Origin: Nitrososphaerota archaeon | GTDB lineage: Archaea; Thermoproteota; Nitrososphaeria; Nitrososphaerales; Nitrososphaeraceae | Assembly (NCBI GenBank): GCA_005877345.1 | Contig: VBPR01000221.1 | Coordinates: forward strand, 1-41,235 | Length of the DNA stretch: 41,235 nucleotides | Direction of reading: 5' to 3' | Shown here: in pieces, positions 29,340-39,385 of the stretch | How positions within the stretch are numbered: the stretch's first letter is position 1 | Layout of the letters: each line of letters opens with the position of its first letter | Program-made: the position numbers and the translations under genes | The notes under the pieces: generated by a model | The model's input: the letters and a program-made list of their open reading frames with translations, nothing else | Told to the model about the DNA's origin: nothing | Databases searched by the model: none

Positions 29340-31109
29340 TTGACAGAAGAACCTGCACGAATCTACGTTTCAACTCTTGAAGAGCTGAAGAAAAAAGGTT
29401 GTATGTCTTTTAATGTTAATGGGTACGATCTAGTAATCTTCTATCATGAAGGACGCGCGTATGCATTAGATAACCGTTGTCCTCATATGGGGTTCCCTCT
29501 GAGCCGCGGCACTACTAAGGATGGTATACTCACTTGTGACTGGCACCACGCCAGATTCGATCTGAAAAGTGGCGGTACGTTTGATTTATGGGCTGGTGAC
29601 GTGCCAGCTTTTCCTACACAAGTTCAGAATGGGAAGGTTTGGGTCAAGATTGAAGAGCACAAGGACGTAGGGGAACTGCATAAACAGAGGTTGCAGGAAG
29701 GCTTGGAACAGAATAATGGTTTGTTGATTGCTAAATCAGTCATAGCATTGTTATCTTCCGGTATAGAACCGGCAGAGCTCATAAGAATAGGAATAAAACA
29801 TGGAATTACTTACCGGCAGGATGGCTGGGGACAAGGACTTACCATTCTTGTATGCATGGTCAACCTCCTGCCAATCTTATCCTCTGAAGATAGATCACGG
29901 GCCCTCTTTCATGGTTTATCAGCTGTGGCTCAAGACTGTGATGGTGTAGCACCACGTTTTGCAGTAAAAGGACTTCCAGATATGGCACCTGACGTAGTAA
30001 CTTTGAAGGGGTGGTTTCGTCATTTTATAGAAGTTCGTGATTCTGATGGTGCAGAACGCTGTTTGGTTTCAGCTATTCAGGCAAAGCCAAAGCCAGATCC
30101 TTTGGAAATAGCTGATATACTTTTTTCAGCTGCAACTGATCACCGATATTTGGATGGGGGTCATATTCTTGATTTTACAAACAAGGCATTTGAAGTGCTC
30201 GAAGTTGTAGGATGGGATATGGCAGAAGGAATTTTGTCTAGTCTGGTGCCTCTATATGCCAGAGCAACTCGAATGGAGGAGAGAAGCTCTTGGCGGCATC
30301 CTGTAGACCTCTCAAAAATACTGGATAGATCATTCAAAGAAATCCCCAGCTCCTTAGAATTAGGCAGGAAAAAAAGAGGAAGTTGGAAGGTTGACAAATC
30401 ATTTGTTGATACGCTTCTTGGAGACAAGCCTGACCTAATAGCAGACATACTTCTGAATGCAATCCGTAATGGTGCCACAGAACAGGAACTAGCACTGTGT
30501 GTAGAGTATGCCTCAGTCTTGCGCATAGTATACTTTGGAACTTCAAATGAATTTTCTGATTGGGATTCTGCTCTCCATACGTATACCTTTTCGCACGCAG
30601 TACAACGGAGTCTGCATAGACTTTCTTCAGTCGAACTTTTGCGTGCAGTGTTTGACGTAGCTATGAGTGTGTACCTTATTCGTTTTCTTAACGTCCCTCC
30701 TTCTTCCATCCCAACATCTGCAGCACAGGAGAATACTGAAGAGCCTGATATTTTCGCGAAGAAATTCCTAGAGGTCCTAGACAAACGACAGCAAGTGAGC
30801 GATGCGTCTGAACTAGTAACAAGGTATGTTACTTCAGGAGGAGATCAAGAGCGACTCCTCGCTGTACTGGGTAACGCCCTGTTAAGAGAAGATAGAAATT
30901 TCCACTCTATTCAGATGATCGAAGCGGCATTCGGGCAATGGAAGTCCATGCTTCAAACAAAAGTATCCCTCCTTGATCAATCTTCGATTCTGGTCGCCGC
31001 TGCGCGCTATTTAGCCGCACATTCCCCCACAGTTCGCCGTCAGGGTCAGATGTTTGAAATAGCTTTTAGGCTGCATCGCGGCGCCAAGTTATATGAAGGA
31101 ATCGAATAG
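29340..31109 (+). CDS. Rieske [2Fe-2S] domain protein with long helical C-terminus
   Basis: DNRCPHMG...CDWHHARFDL (CxH...CxxH). Confidence 0.88.
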   Translation: MTEEPARIYVSTLEELKKKGCMSFNVNGYDLVIFYHEGRAYALDNRCPHMGFPLSRGTTKDGILTCDWHHARFDLKSGGTFDLWAGDVPAFPTQVQNGKVWVKIEEHKDVGELHKQRLQEGLEQNNGLLIAKSVIALLSSGIEPAELIRIGIKHGITYRQDGWGQGLTILVCMVNLLPILSSEDRSRALFHGLSAVAQDCDGVAPRFAVKGLPDMAPDVVTLKGWFRHFIEVRDSDGAERCLVSAIQAKPKPDPLEIADILFSAATDHRYLDGGHILDFTNKAFEVLEVVGWDMAEGILSSLVPLYARATRMEERSSWRHPVDLSKILDRSFKEIPSSLELGRKKRGSWKVDKSFVDTLLGDKPDLIADILLNAIRNGATEQELALCVEYASVLRIVYFGTSNEFSDWDSALHTYTFSHAVQRSLHRLSSVELLRAVFDVAMSVYLIRFLNVPPSSIPTSAAQENTEEPDIFAKKFLEVLDKRQQVSDASELVTRYVTSGGDQERLLAVLGNALLREDRNFHSIQMIEAAFGQWKSMLQTKVSLLDQSSILVAAARYLAAHSPTVRRQGQMFEIAFRLHRGAKLYEGIE

Positions 31110-31480
31110 CATAACTATGTATAATCACGTCACGTCGGGTCGCTAATGCAATCAGGGAAAATGAAGTTCTGTACTTAATTAAATAACTTCATAGTTATAT
31201 GAGTATGAGTATTTATTTTTTGTACTGTTAATAATATTTTGATTCTATAAGAGATTAATGTTACCACTTTGGCTAGTTTCCGTACGAATAACTGGTCAGA
31301 TTGTTAACTCAAGGGAACCTACTGATTTCTATGTCCATAAATGGACGTAGGAAGTTAACTTTATGGGGCAAATTCAAGCCACAAGAAATAATCTGAAAAA
31401 TAAATTGGACTTATGTGACTTATAGCACACTGCTGTCAATATTTTGCAAATTCAGGTTGTAGTAGTATGTACTAGAGCGT

Positions 31481-31537
31481 AGCAGACAGAACAGTACACG
31501 TAGTAGAACAAAGCAGAGAGATCAGTACATGTAGTAG
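31481..31537 (+). repeat. 26-bp direct repeat, period 31
   Basis: AGCAGACAGAACAGTACACGTAGTAG vs AGCAGAGAGATCAGTACATGTAGTAG (3 mismatches). Confidence 0.7.
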
Positions 31538-31621
31538 GGGTAGCGCTACACCTAGTACGCGCACAAGCGAGTAACAAACAAAATAGAAAGATCTATCAAT
31601 CAGTTTCCATCATCATATCTA

Positions 31622-32282
31622 ATGATAAATGTATTTGATGTAACGCCACAGGAAAAAGAATGAAATATTGTTGATATGCTTGAGCGAGGTTACAGTCACC
31701 CGCAAATTATGAAGGATTGCCATGTATCACCAAATAACATATCTAGTGTCAAAAAGAAAATTTTCGGTACTACAGATGACAACAACTCAATACAGCCTAG
31801 CCAAACGAGTAAAGAAACTCAGGCCTAAAGTTGTTTAAGGAAGGCAAGAAACTTCTGGATATAGCAATAGAATTAGACCTCGCGATTGATTCTGCACTTA
31901 TAATACAGAAAAGATTTCATCAATTAATTGGACTAGACCGATTTAATCAAGCATACGAACAAGTAAATGGCAATATAGTCCCGTTCTTGAAACTTTTTAA
32001 TTCTATGAATAGGCTTGGCATGAATCCAGGACAGGTTTCAGATGCAGTAATGCAGTAATGTATGGGAACAGATTGCCTCAACTTCGTAATATTCACACAA
32101 TGCTTATTAGCCAAATTCGTGTTTTGGAAAGTTATAGAGATAACCTTCATTCACAGCTGAATTTGAAGGCAAATAAGATAGAGGACTATAAATGCTCACT
32201 TGAATATTACATTAAGGATATTCCCAGCTGTCCAAGAATCCTAGTGGTTTGTGATTTCTCCACATTTAATCAAAAAAATTGA
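31622..32282 (+). pseudogene. HTH plus coiled-coil protein, multiply disrupted
   Basis: TGA at 31661, 1-nt loss near 31826, 8-bp duplication ATGCAGTA at 32042-32057; repaired frame reads ..MLERGYSHPQIMKDCHVSPNNIS..SKETQALKLFKEGK..DIAIELDL.. Confidence 0.75.
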
Positions 32283-32352
32283 TGTTCTTGGGATTTGTAG
32301 CGAGTCAGAATAGGTATTTGTTCATAAAAATAATCTTAAAAACTTATGCTGC

Positions 32353-32395
32353 GCCGTCGGAATACGAGCGTTAAGTGGAACTTATCAGAATTTCA
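32353..32395 (+). repeat. dispersed repeat, degenerate B
   Basis: GCCGTCGGAATACGAGCGTTAAGTGGAACTTATCAGAATTTC. Confidence 0.65.
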
Positions 32396-32592
32396 ATTTG
32401 AGCATATTCAATATTATTTGAGAAATCCACATAAAAGCAATGAAATCAATATAGGCCGGAATGAATGTAGTTCAGCTCTGAATGTAATTTCTGATAGATG
32501 AAGAAAGGCAATTTAAGACATTTTCCAGAATCATAATGTCATTTGCCTAATAGGCTTGAGCGTTACTAAATATACAAAACCTGCAACAGGTT

Positions 32593-34131
32593 TTAAAGAG
32601 GTTCTGAATGTACAACGACTCGTGAAGCCCCGGTCTCCTTTGTTATAATTATCGAAATAACATCCTTGCCGTCTTTGGACTTTATGACTATCGTAAGTGT
32701 GATGTGTTGCTCATTATTAACTTCGATAATTCCAATGTTTTTGGAATCGATCACCCCATTTATCCGCATAGATAAATTACGAATCTTCTCTGTATAGGAT
32801 CTACTTGCTTTTTTCTCTATTCCGATTACATCCGCCTCTTCGGTACTTTCGATTTCAATGTGAGTTGTAATATCTTTCACTCTAGGTATTTCCGCTTTGA
32901 TTCTTTGCTCAAATGATTCCGTAATTTCATGAGCGGTTTTTAAATCTAGATTTCTATTAACTTGAAGGTCAAGATACAAATGAAGATGGAGTGAAGATTC
33001 ATTTGCATTGAATTCATGATGGGTCAATGAATCTGACGTTCCCGTTTTCATTGAAATTGCTTCATGCCCTGAGCTTTCATTCGAATGAGGTTCAATAATC
33101 CTTGAGAGGTATATCGAATGGACATTCTTTATCCCATCCGTTTCTGCTGCAATTAATCTAATTTTATCAGTCAGTGTTTCTCTAGACGTTTCTATTGCAT
33201 CAACGTGAACCAATACGTCACAATTTGGTATGACTTCTCTTATTCTATTTTCAACGTTTGTGGCAACCCTATGGGCCCTATCATGTGTTGATGTCCGCGG
33301 AACCTCAACATGTAAATCTACAGACATTGCAGATCCCATGTTCCTAATGCGAATATCGTGCGCCTTTGATACTCCATCTAATCCTGATATAGACTCTAAG
33401 AGAACATGATTCATCCCTTTAGGGGCTTTGTCGAGTAAAACATCGATGGTTCTCCTTCCAAGCCCTAAACTTGTATAAATGATGATAGCCGCAATTATGA
33501 GCGCAGCAAAAGCATCAGCATTTGGAATATGAAAAATAAATACAAGAGCCAATCCGACAATAACTATCGAAGATGAAAACATGTCTGCTGTAAAGTGAAG
33601 TGCATCCGCTTCCAGTGCTTGGCTTCCAAATCTTCTTGCAGTCCTGTACAATACTCTGGAACGCCACAAATCTATCATTATAGATGTAGTCATTATTGCA
33701 AATGAGAATATTGTAATTTCCGGTTCAGTGTATTTAAAAAAAATACGATCTAAACCTTCGTAAAAAATCCATCCTGCAACACTAAAAAGGAGTATTATCT
33801 CAATGAGGCTGGAAAAGCTCTCAATCTTAGCATAGCCGTAAGTAAATCTTGCATCTGGGGGTCTTATTACAATTCTTATCGCATAAAGGGTCATTAAAGC
33901 TGCTATTACATCAAGGCCGGAGTGCATTGCTTCTGAAAAGATCCCTAGGCTGTTTGTGGAATATCCGATTACAAATTTTGTTGCCGCTAAACCTACTGAT
34001 GCGATCACAGACGCTAGAGCAACTGTTCGCTTTTCTCTATATGCATTAACGTTTTCTAAATTATGGGAAAATCCTTTCTTATTTGTATCGTTTGAAATTC
34101 CATGATCAAAGTGAGAATGATCCTTTACCAC
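32593..34131 (-). CDS. cation diffusion facilitator (FieF-like) with tandem C-terminal dimerisation domains
   Basis: SEAMHSGLD, YGYAKIE, LEADALHFTAD; repeated VDLHVEV...AH..A..VE...VHVD modules. Confidence 0.92.
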   Translation of the reverse strand: MVKDHSHFDHGISNDTNKKGFSHNLENVNAYREKRTVALASVIASVGLAATKFVIGYSTNSLGIFSEAMHSGLDVIAALMTLYAIRIVIRPPDARFTYGYAKIESFSSLIEIILLFSVAGWIFYEGLDRIFFKYTEPEITIFSFAIMTTSIMIDLWRSRVLYRTARRFGSQALEADALHFTADMFSSSIVIVGLALVFIFHIPNADAFAALIIAAIIIYTSLGLGRRTIDVLLDKAPKGMNHVLLESISGLDGVSKAHDIRIRNMGSAMSVDLHVEVPRTSTHDRAHRVATNVENRIREVIPNCDVLVHVDAIETSRETLTDKIRLIAAETDGIKNVHSIYLSRIIEPHSNESSGHEAISMKTGTSDSLTHHEFNANESSLHLHLYLDLQVNRNLDLKTAHEITESFEQRIKAEIPRVKDITTHIEIESTEEADVIGIEKKASRSYTEKIRNLSMRINGVIDSKNIGIIEVNNEQHITLTIVIKSKDGKDVISIIITKETGASRVVVHSEPL

Positions 34132-34276
34132 GATTACTTTAGGAATAATGCAATGATCTTATATAAATACTAGTAATGATAGTTACTTCCATAAGAACAC
34201 AACTTAAGTTTGATGTCGTCCTCGACTCAGTTACTAATTTAAATATAATATCGTAATTTTATAAATTCTAGTTACG

Positions 34277-35475
34277 ATGTTTTTTTCAAAACTTCTTAGC
34301 CAGAGGAAAAAATCAATACAGAGACTTCTTCTTTACACAGGTCCTGCACTTCTTGTGAGCATGGCCTATATGGATCCTGGTAATTATGGCACAGATATTC
34401 AGGCGGGCGCATTACTCAATTACAACCTCCTGTGGGTGGTATGGCTTTCTAGTGGGATGGCGATGCTGCTCCAGTACTTGTCTGGGAAACTCGGTATAGC
34501 GACGCGCTTATCGTTACCAGAAATAATACGGGAGAAACTAAAGAAAAAAAAATATATTATACCATATTGGCTGGGTGCCGAGGCGGCGGCAGCAGCTACC
34601 GACTTGGCTGAATACTTGGGCACTGTGATTGCCCTCAATTTACGCTAGCAACTCAGAGCAGATTTTATATAATAGAGCGACTCTTTGTGATTTTTGTATC
34701 GATAATAGGTTTTGGATATTTCTACGAAATTTTCATTACCAAGCCCGATCTGTCTAGTATATTATATCATTCCTTTGTACCGTCTCTTCCGACTAGTAAC
34801 GCTCTTGTTCTTGCTGTAGGCATAATTGGAGCTACCGTGATGCCGCATGCACTTTTTGTCCATTCTTGGCTTACAAAAAATAAAGTACAAGAGAAACCAC
34901 TGGAAGAAAGAAGACGAATACGGAAATTGCATCTTGTGGAAAATATAATTCTGCTAACTATCGCGGGAATGGTAAATGCAGCTATAATGATAATGGCTGC
35001 CACAGCATTCAATCCCCATAATCCAGGAGTGGCTTCAATATCTGAGGCTTACAAGACTTTGATACCATTATTTGGAGCTACAGCAGGTATTGTTTTCTTG
35101 CTTACTCTTCTTTCTTCAGGTATTGCATCTTCTGTAGTCGGTACGCTTGCAGGTCAGGCTATCATGGAGGGTCTTTTAGGAAAAAGGGTAAACCTATGGC
35201 TCAGGCGATTTGTAACAAGATTTATCAATGTCATTCCAACGACCATCGCGATACTGCTAGGTCTAGATCCTTTGAATATTCTTGTCTACAGCCAAGTTGT
35301 GCTGAGTATCATGATACCAATTCCTATGATTCCCCTTGTAATTGCAACAAGAGATAAAAAATTGATGGGCGAGTTCGTGAACAAAAAGATTACCACATTG
35401 CTTGCCATGATATTTGTAGGACTAATACTCGTCTTCGACTCTTACTTGCTTTTTAGTGTGCTGGGTGTTGTGTAA
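34277..35475 (+). pseudogene. mntH: NRAMP/MntH divalent metal transporter split by an internal deletion/frameshift
   Basis: AYMDPGN, GATVMPHALFVHS, GTLAGQAIMEG; frame breaks after GTVIALNL (~34642) and about one TM helix appears missing. Confidence 0.85.
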
Positions 35476-35513
35476 AAAGTCGAGTTTAATACGATGAAAG
35501 TTAATTTGTAAAC

Positions 35514-36095
35514 ATGTCTTCCGGGGGAAACCGACAGACCGCCATTCAAAGGATCAAAATCAAAACTCGAAAAAAAAGGCTAGGACAATCACCACTCATT
35601 CTGAAAAAAAGATAATCTGGTTTTGGGTTTTCGTAGGCGCATTCGTAGTTGGCTTCATCTTCAGTCTCTTATTTGTTGTTCCGGCTTACGCGCCACCCAC
35701 GGTAGGTGCTGATAGCATTTTAGATAACGCAATAACAAGTTCAAAGATAAAGGATGGTGAGGTAATGACATCAGACATAGCAAATGGTGCAGTAATAAAA
35801 GAGAAGTTAAATCCAAATGCAGTAAAACTAGTAGTGCTTCAAAGAGAAATGTTATTTGCTCTTACGCCTTATTCACAACCGTGGGGCATCATACAATGTA
35901 ACGCAGACGATGTTTTAACAGGGGGTGGATTTGCTACCGGTGGTGGTAAAGATGTTCATCCAACTATCAGTGCTAAGAACGCTAACGGATGGGCTGCTGC
36001 TCTAGTCAACACAGGTGCACACCCTCACTAATAACAAAGTAGTTGCCGAGTGTACACACCTAGAACTTGGGCCATTAATGAACGCCACAGGTTAA
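35514..36095 (+). pseudogene. membrane-anchored surface protein with D-x-A-I/V-T-x-x-K-I/L repeats, frameshifted
   Basis: Frame of ORF 35765 is open upstream through a TM helix (IIWFWVFVGAFVVGFIF) but lacks an in-frame ATG (homopolymer runs near 35523 and 35570); a likely C-terminus (VVAECTHLEL) lies in another frame. Confidence 0.5.
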
Positions 36096-36096
36096 A

Positions 36097-36146
36097 CTGT
36101 CGGGATACGGTTGAATATTTGTAGCGGAACATAATTAGAATTTCTA
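36097..36146 (+). repeat. dispersed repeat, module B
   Basis: CTGTCGGGATACGGTTGAATATTTGTAGCGGAACATAATTAGAATTTCTA. Confidence 0.8.
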
Positions 36147-36204
36147 TGATCATTATTGCAAATTGTAAATTCTATAAATACAATAAAGCAAGTTGATAAT
36201 AATT

Positions 36205-36405
36205 TTATTCGTTTATTATTGTTTGCGATTTCTTCCGTTTCCAACCCTTTTCTAAGAAATAATCCGTCTTAAATCTAGCGTCACCTTTGAAATCGTACCA
36301 ATTTCCTTCCCTACCATCGTATCGAAAACGAATTTTGCCACTACTTGTCGACAGGTACATAATCTCAACCTGATTGTTACCTTTTTCTAGCATCTCTATG
36401 TACAT
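36205..36405 (-). CDS. hypothetical small protein
   Basis: 66 aa ATG ORF preceded by GAGGT (SD-like). Confidence 0.5.
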   Translation of the reverse strand: MYIEMLEKGNNQVEIMYLSTSSGKIRFRYDGREGNWYDFKGDARFKTDYFLEKGWKRKKSQTIINE

Positions 36406-36774
36406 TTATTACCTCGCCTACCGATAGATTGGAATAGTTCTTGACTTTCGTCTGACATTGAATTTAACATGCTCGACATACTTTTTTAGTGTTGACGTGC
36501 AGAAGTAAATATACAATTACACACCTACGAGTCACAAAAACAATAGGTATTTACAAAAATTAAGTGTTCCCTGCATAACACAGTGATTACACTTTTCTAA
36601 ATTCTAGACAGACACACCTCCTACAAGAATGTGCAGTTTCTTCTCCAGTCAAATAATACTGATGATGATCTCTAATATGACTACAACGCACAAATCGTAT
36701 TTAGCCTCCATCTTATTATTCTCGTTAAATATAATGAGAAAGTAAGCCTTTAATTTATCGTATATTAAAATTTT

Positions 36775-37020
36775 TTATTCGCTTTCAATTTTAAAGCATT
36801 TGTCACAATATCTTTCAACCAATGAAATACCATCCATATCATAACTTGCTATCTTTGTAGGCATTTCTCGACATATGAAACAGGTACTGCCCATTATTTC
36901 TCTAATAAAACGTCTTTTCAGATATTGTGATAAGTTTGGATCATCTAATTTTTTCTTTAAGAATTCTAAATTATCGTCTGAAATAATAATTGGCGTTATA
37001 GTTGGTTTTGGTTTTTTCAT
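36775..37020 (-). CDS. Zn-finger protein, 'ERYC' family (paralog 3)
   Basis: CFICREMPTKIASYDMDGISLVERYCDKC. Confidence 0.78.
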   Translation of the reverse strand: MKKPKPTITPIIISDDNLEFLKKKLDDPNLSQYLKRRFIREIMGSTCFICREMPTKIASYDMDGISLVERYCDKCFKIESE

Positions 37021-37084
37021 TAGTGGTTTACTTTATTACTCCAATGGGGATCAACTTCTCCGGTACCGATAGTCCCCTTGTCAT

Positions 37085-37119
37085 AGCATAATTATAATAC
37101 AATTAGGTATAATTATGCT
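37085..37119. promoter_or_regulatory. perfect 12-bp inverted repeat between divergent genes
   Basis: AGCATAATTATA-N11-TATAATTATGCT. Confidence 0.6.
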
Positions 37120-37131
37120 TGCTTTACTTTC

Positions 37132-37314
37132 TTGATCTCAAATTCACATTCCTTGAAGTTAGAAGAAACTGCTAAAGGTGTTAGAATCTCAGTACGTGTT
37201 TATACTAATGACAGAAATACAGCAATCAATGAACCAATTGCAACATATTTAGAAACTAAACAAAAGTGTGAAAAGGAAAAAATACTAGTATCCCCTATGG
37301 AGATAAGTAAGTGA
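37132..37314 (+). CDS. hypothetical small protein
   Basis: 60 aa, beta-beta-alpha pattern (SLKLEETAKGVRISVRVY..). Confidence 0.6.
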   Translation: MISNSHSLKLEETAKGVRISVRVYTNDRNTAINEPIATYLETKQKCEKEKILVSPMEISK

Positions 37315-37320
37315 TAAGAA

Positions 37321-37632
37321 ATGAGTGATGATGAAGTTACAGAAGAACATCGTTATGGTCCAGCAATTCAACCGCCTGAAATAGAAGATAAAGATTACCA
37401 AGATTTTAGGTTAAGAAGAAAACTCATAATGGATATGTTGGATGACAATGCATATCGTTATGAAGAAAAGAGAGATAAGATGATTAGTAATATGACCAAC
37501 GTAGTAAAATCAATGAGTGATTTGTGGATTAAAAAATCCTTGGCAGATTGTCTGATATTTCCTACCATACTGAAGGATTTCAGAGTAATATTAGCTAATG
37601 AATTAGAAGAAAGAAGGAAGAAGAAAGAATGA
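37321..37632 (+). CDS. hypothetical helical protein
   Basis: 103 aa, 6 nt after the previous stop. Confidence 0.65.
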   Translation: MSDDEVTEEHRYGPAIQPPEIEDKDYQDFRLRRKLIMDMLDDNAYRYEEKRDKMISNMTNVVKSMSDLWIKKSLADCLIFPTILKDFRVILANELEERRKKKE

Positions 37633-37797
37633 TAAGAGTGACTAGTTTATGTTTTGACTTTCAGAAATATATGATCTTATCATTATCATTAAGTGCCGCC
37701 ACTTTGATAATCGGACTTGCAATTTTGGTGTATTTATTCCAGTAACGTTAGTTTTCACAAATATAGGAATTGAACATAATTTAATATTGTCGGAACC

Positions 37798-37892
37798 GGC
37801 CCGTCGGGATACGACTGAATATTAAGTCGGAACTTAATTAGGAATTCTAAAATTAGAATTTAATTAGATGTAAATAAAGCGAAAAGTTATTT
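37798..37892 (+). repeat. dispersed repeat, B plus linker
   Basis: GGCCCGTCGGGATACGACTGAATATTAAGTCGGAAC..AATTCTAAAATTAGAATT. Confidence 0.9.
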
Positions 37893-37895
37893 AAA

Positions 37896-38158
37896 GATTT
37901 GACAAAGAAAGCAAACAAAGATCCAAATAAATTTCGCGTAATATTGTTAGTCTATCCTAACGTAACGGATTCGAGTCAGTCGGTCAGGGCCAAAGGTTTC
38001 CTTTGACGGACACGATAGGACAGATTGGAGATGACATTCAAAAAATAAAGAAGATGGAAGTTGATCATATAGTATTTGGATACAATTTCGTTCCGATTTA
38101 CGATAATGTATCTAATATCATCGATATAACAAAGCAATTATCCAAGTTTGCGAGATAA
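37896..38158 (+). pseudogene. 3' remnant of an LLM-class oxidoreductase
   Basis: DLTKKANKDPNKFRVILLVYPNV / (frameshift) QRFPLTDTIGQIGDDIQKIKKMEVDHIVFGYNF..ITKQLSKFAR*; begins where the repeat linker ends. Confidence 0.6.
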
Positions 38159-38168
38159 GACCATTTCC

Positions 38169-39188
38169 TCAATTATTCGTTCTCTTCCAGAAGCAATAAG
38201 CGTGATCATGCATATGTATTATGAATATTCCGATAAATCCAATCATACTTCCCAGTCCCGCGAGAAGAATATTTTGGGGCAAGTTTGAATACAAAACGCC
38301 GCTTTCATTTAAAGCCAGTTGCAATACCAAAGTCAAAAAAATACTAGATGACCCTATTGTTCCCGTGAGTGCCGCCCCTAATCTACTAAGACCGATAGAA
38401 TAAAATAAAGCACCTACAAAGGGAAGCCATGCGAAAAGAGATAAGGCTATAATTACCACAGGGGATACCAACATAGAAACTTGTATATATGGAGAGACCT
38501 GCTGCTGAAAAATAGAAACAAACACAATTAATAAACCTATCAACATTAATCCAGAAACAAATAACGAAGCACCTGCTACTTCAAGCGGCGAATGAATTGA
38601 AACTAATTTAGTTAAGAAAAGAACCCCTATTGCAAATCCTAATGAGGATATTATCGCCTCGATATCTCCGAAGGTAACCACTGAGTAATGATTCAATGAG
38701 AAGAAAAAATCTGAATTATTATAACTAATATCACTTATGATAGCCAAAAAAAATCCAATGATCGTCACTCCTATACCAATAACTTGTGTTTTATCTAATT
38801 TTTCTCGCAGAAATATATAAGCGAGAATGACAATGAGAATGATTTCTAGTGGACCAGCAAGAAGCACTTCCTTCGAGGCACCAACTCTACTTATGGAATC
38901 ATACCAAGTGAGTATTCCAACTGCTAGAGATACAGACGCATAAAGTAGATTTCTCTTAGATTTTGAAAATATTAAACTGCTTGTTGATGCAACAGTCGTT
39001 ATTTTATTTCTTCTATAGAGTAAGGTAGATGTAAGAAGTAACAATATTCCAGCTACGGTTATGCTTACTGCCGATATAACTATAGGGGGTATACTAAGGG
39101 TTGTGGTTAGCGGTTCGATAAGTATTGATTCGACTGATATTGATAAAGCGTATATAAAAACCGGCCACGATCTCAGGATTAGTAGCAA
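38169..39188 (-). CDS. EamA/DMT-family transporter
   Basis: ~10 TM helices, two-fold repeat, LAYIFLREKL motif. Confidence 0.85.
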   Translation of the reverse strand: MLLILRSWPVFIYALSISVESILIEPLTTTLSIPPIVISAVSITVAGILLLLTSTLLYRRNKITTVASTSSLIFSKSKRNLLYASVSLAVGILTWYDSISRVGASKEVLLAGPLEIILIVILAYIFLREKLDKTQVIGIGVTIIGFFLAIISDISYNNSDFFFSLNHYSVVTFGDIEAIISSLGFAIGVLFLTKLVSIHSPLEVAGASLFVSGLMLIGLLIVFVSIFQQQVSPYIQVSMLVSPVVIIALSLFAWLPFVGALFYSIGLSRLGAALTGTIGSSSIFLTLVLQLALNESGVLYSNLPQNILLAGLGSMIGFIGIFIIHMHDHAYCFWKRTNN

Positions 39189-39385
39189 ATACTGAGCATT
39201 GAGCTTTACATAATATGAAGATTAAGGTTCTTGAATGAGATATTTAGGCGGCCGTTTCTTAATCTTCGAGCTAGTTATGAATTCATCTCTTTGCACCACG
39301 TGGCGATAAAAATTGATTTCTTTCATACATGCAAAATAAGAATTTTTAAATTTAGTAACAAAAAAATATTCTGTTCGCTGGTCTT

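Noticed and set aside
30161-30784. 207-aa minus-strand ORF and similar antisense ORFs (e.g. 10424, 13185, 21802, 24302, 27455)
   Set aside because: Shadows of well-supported genes on the opposite strand, no motifs.
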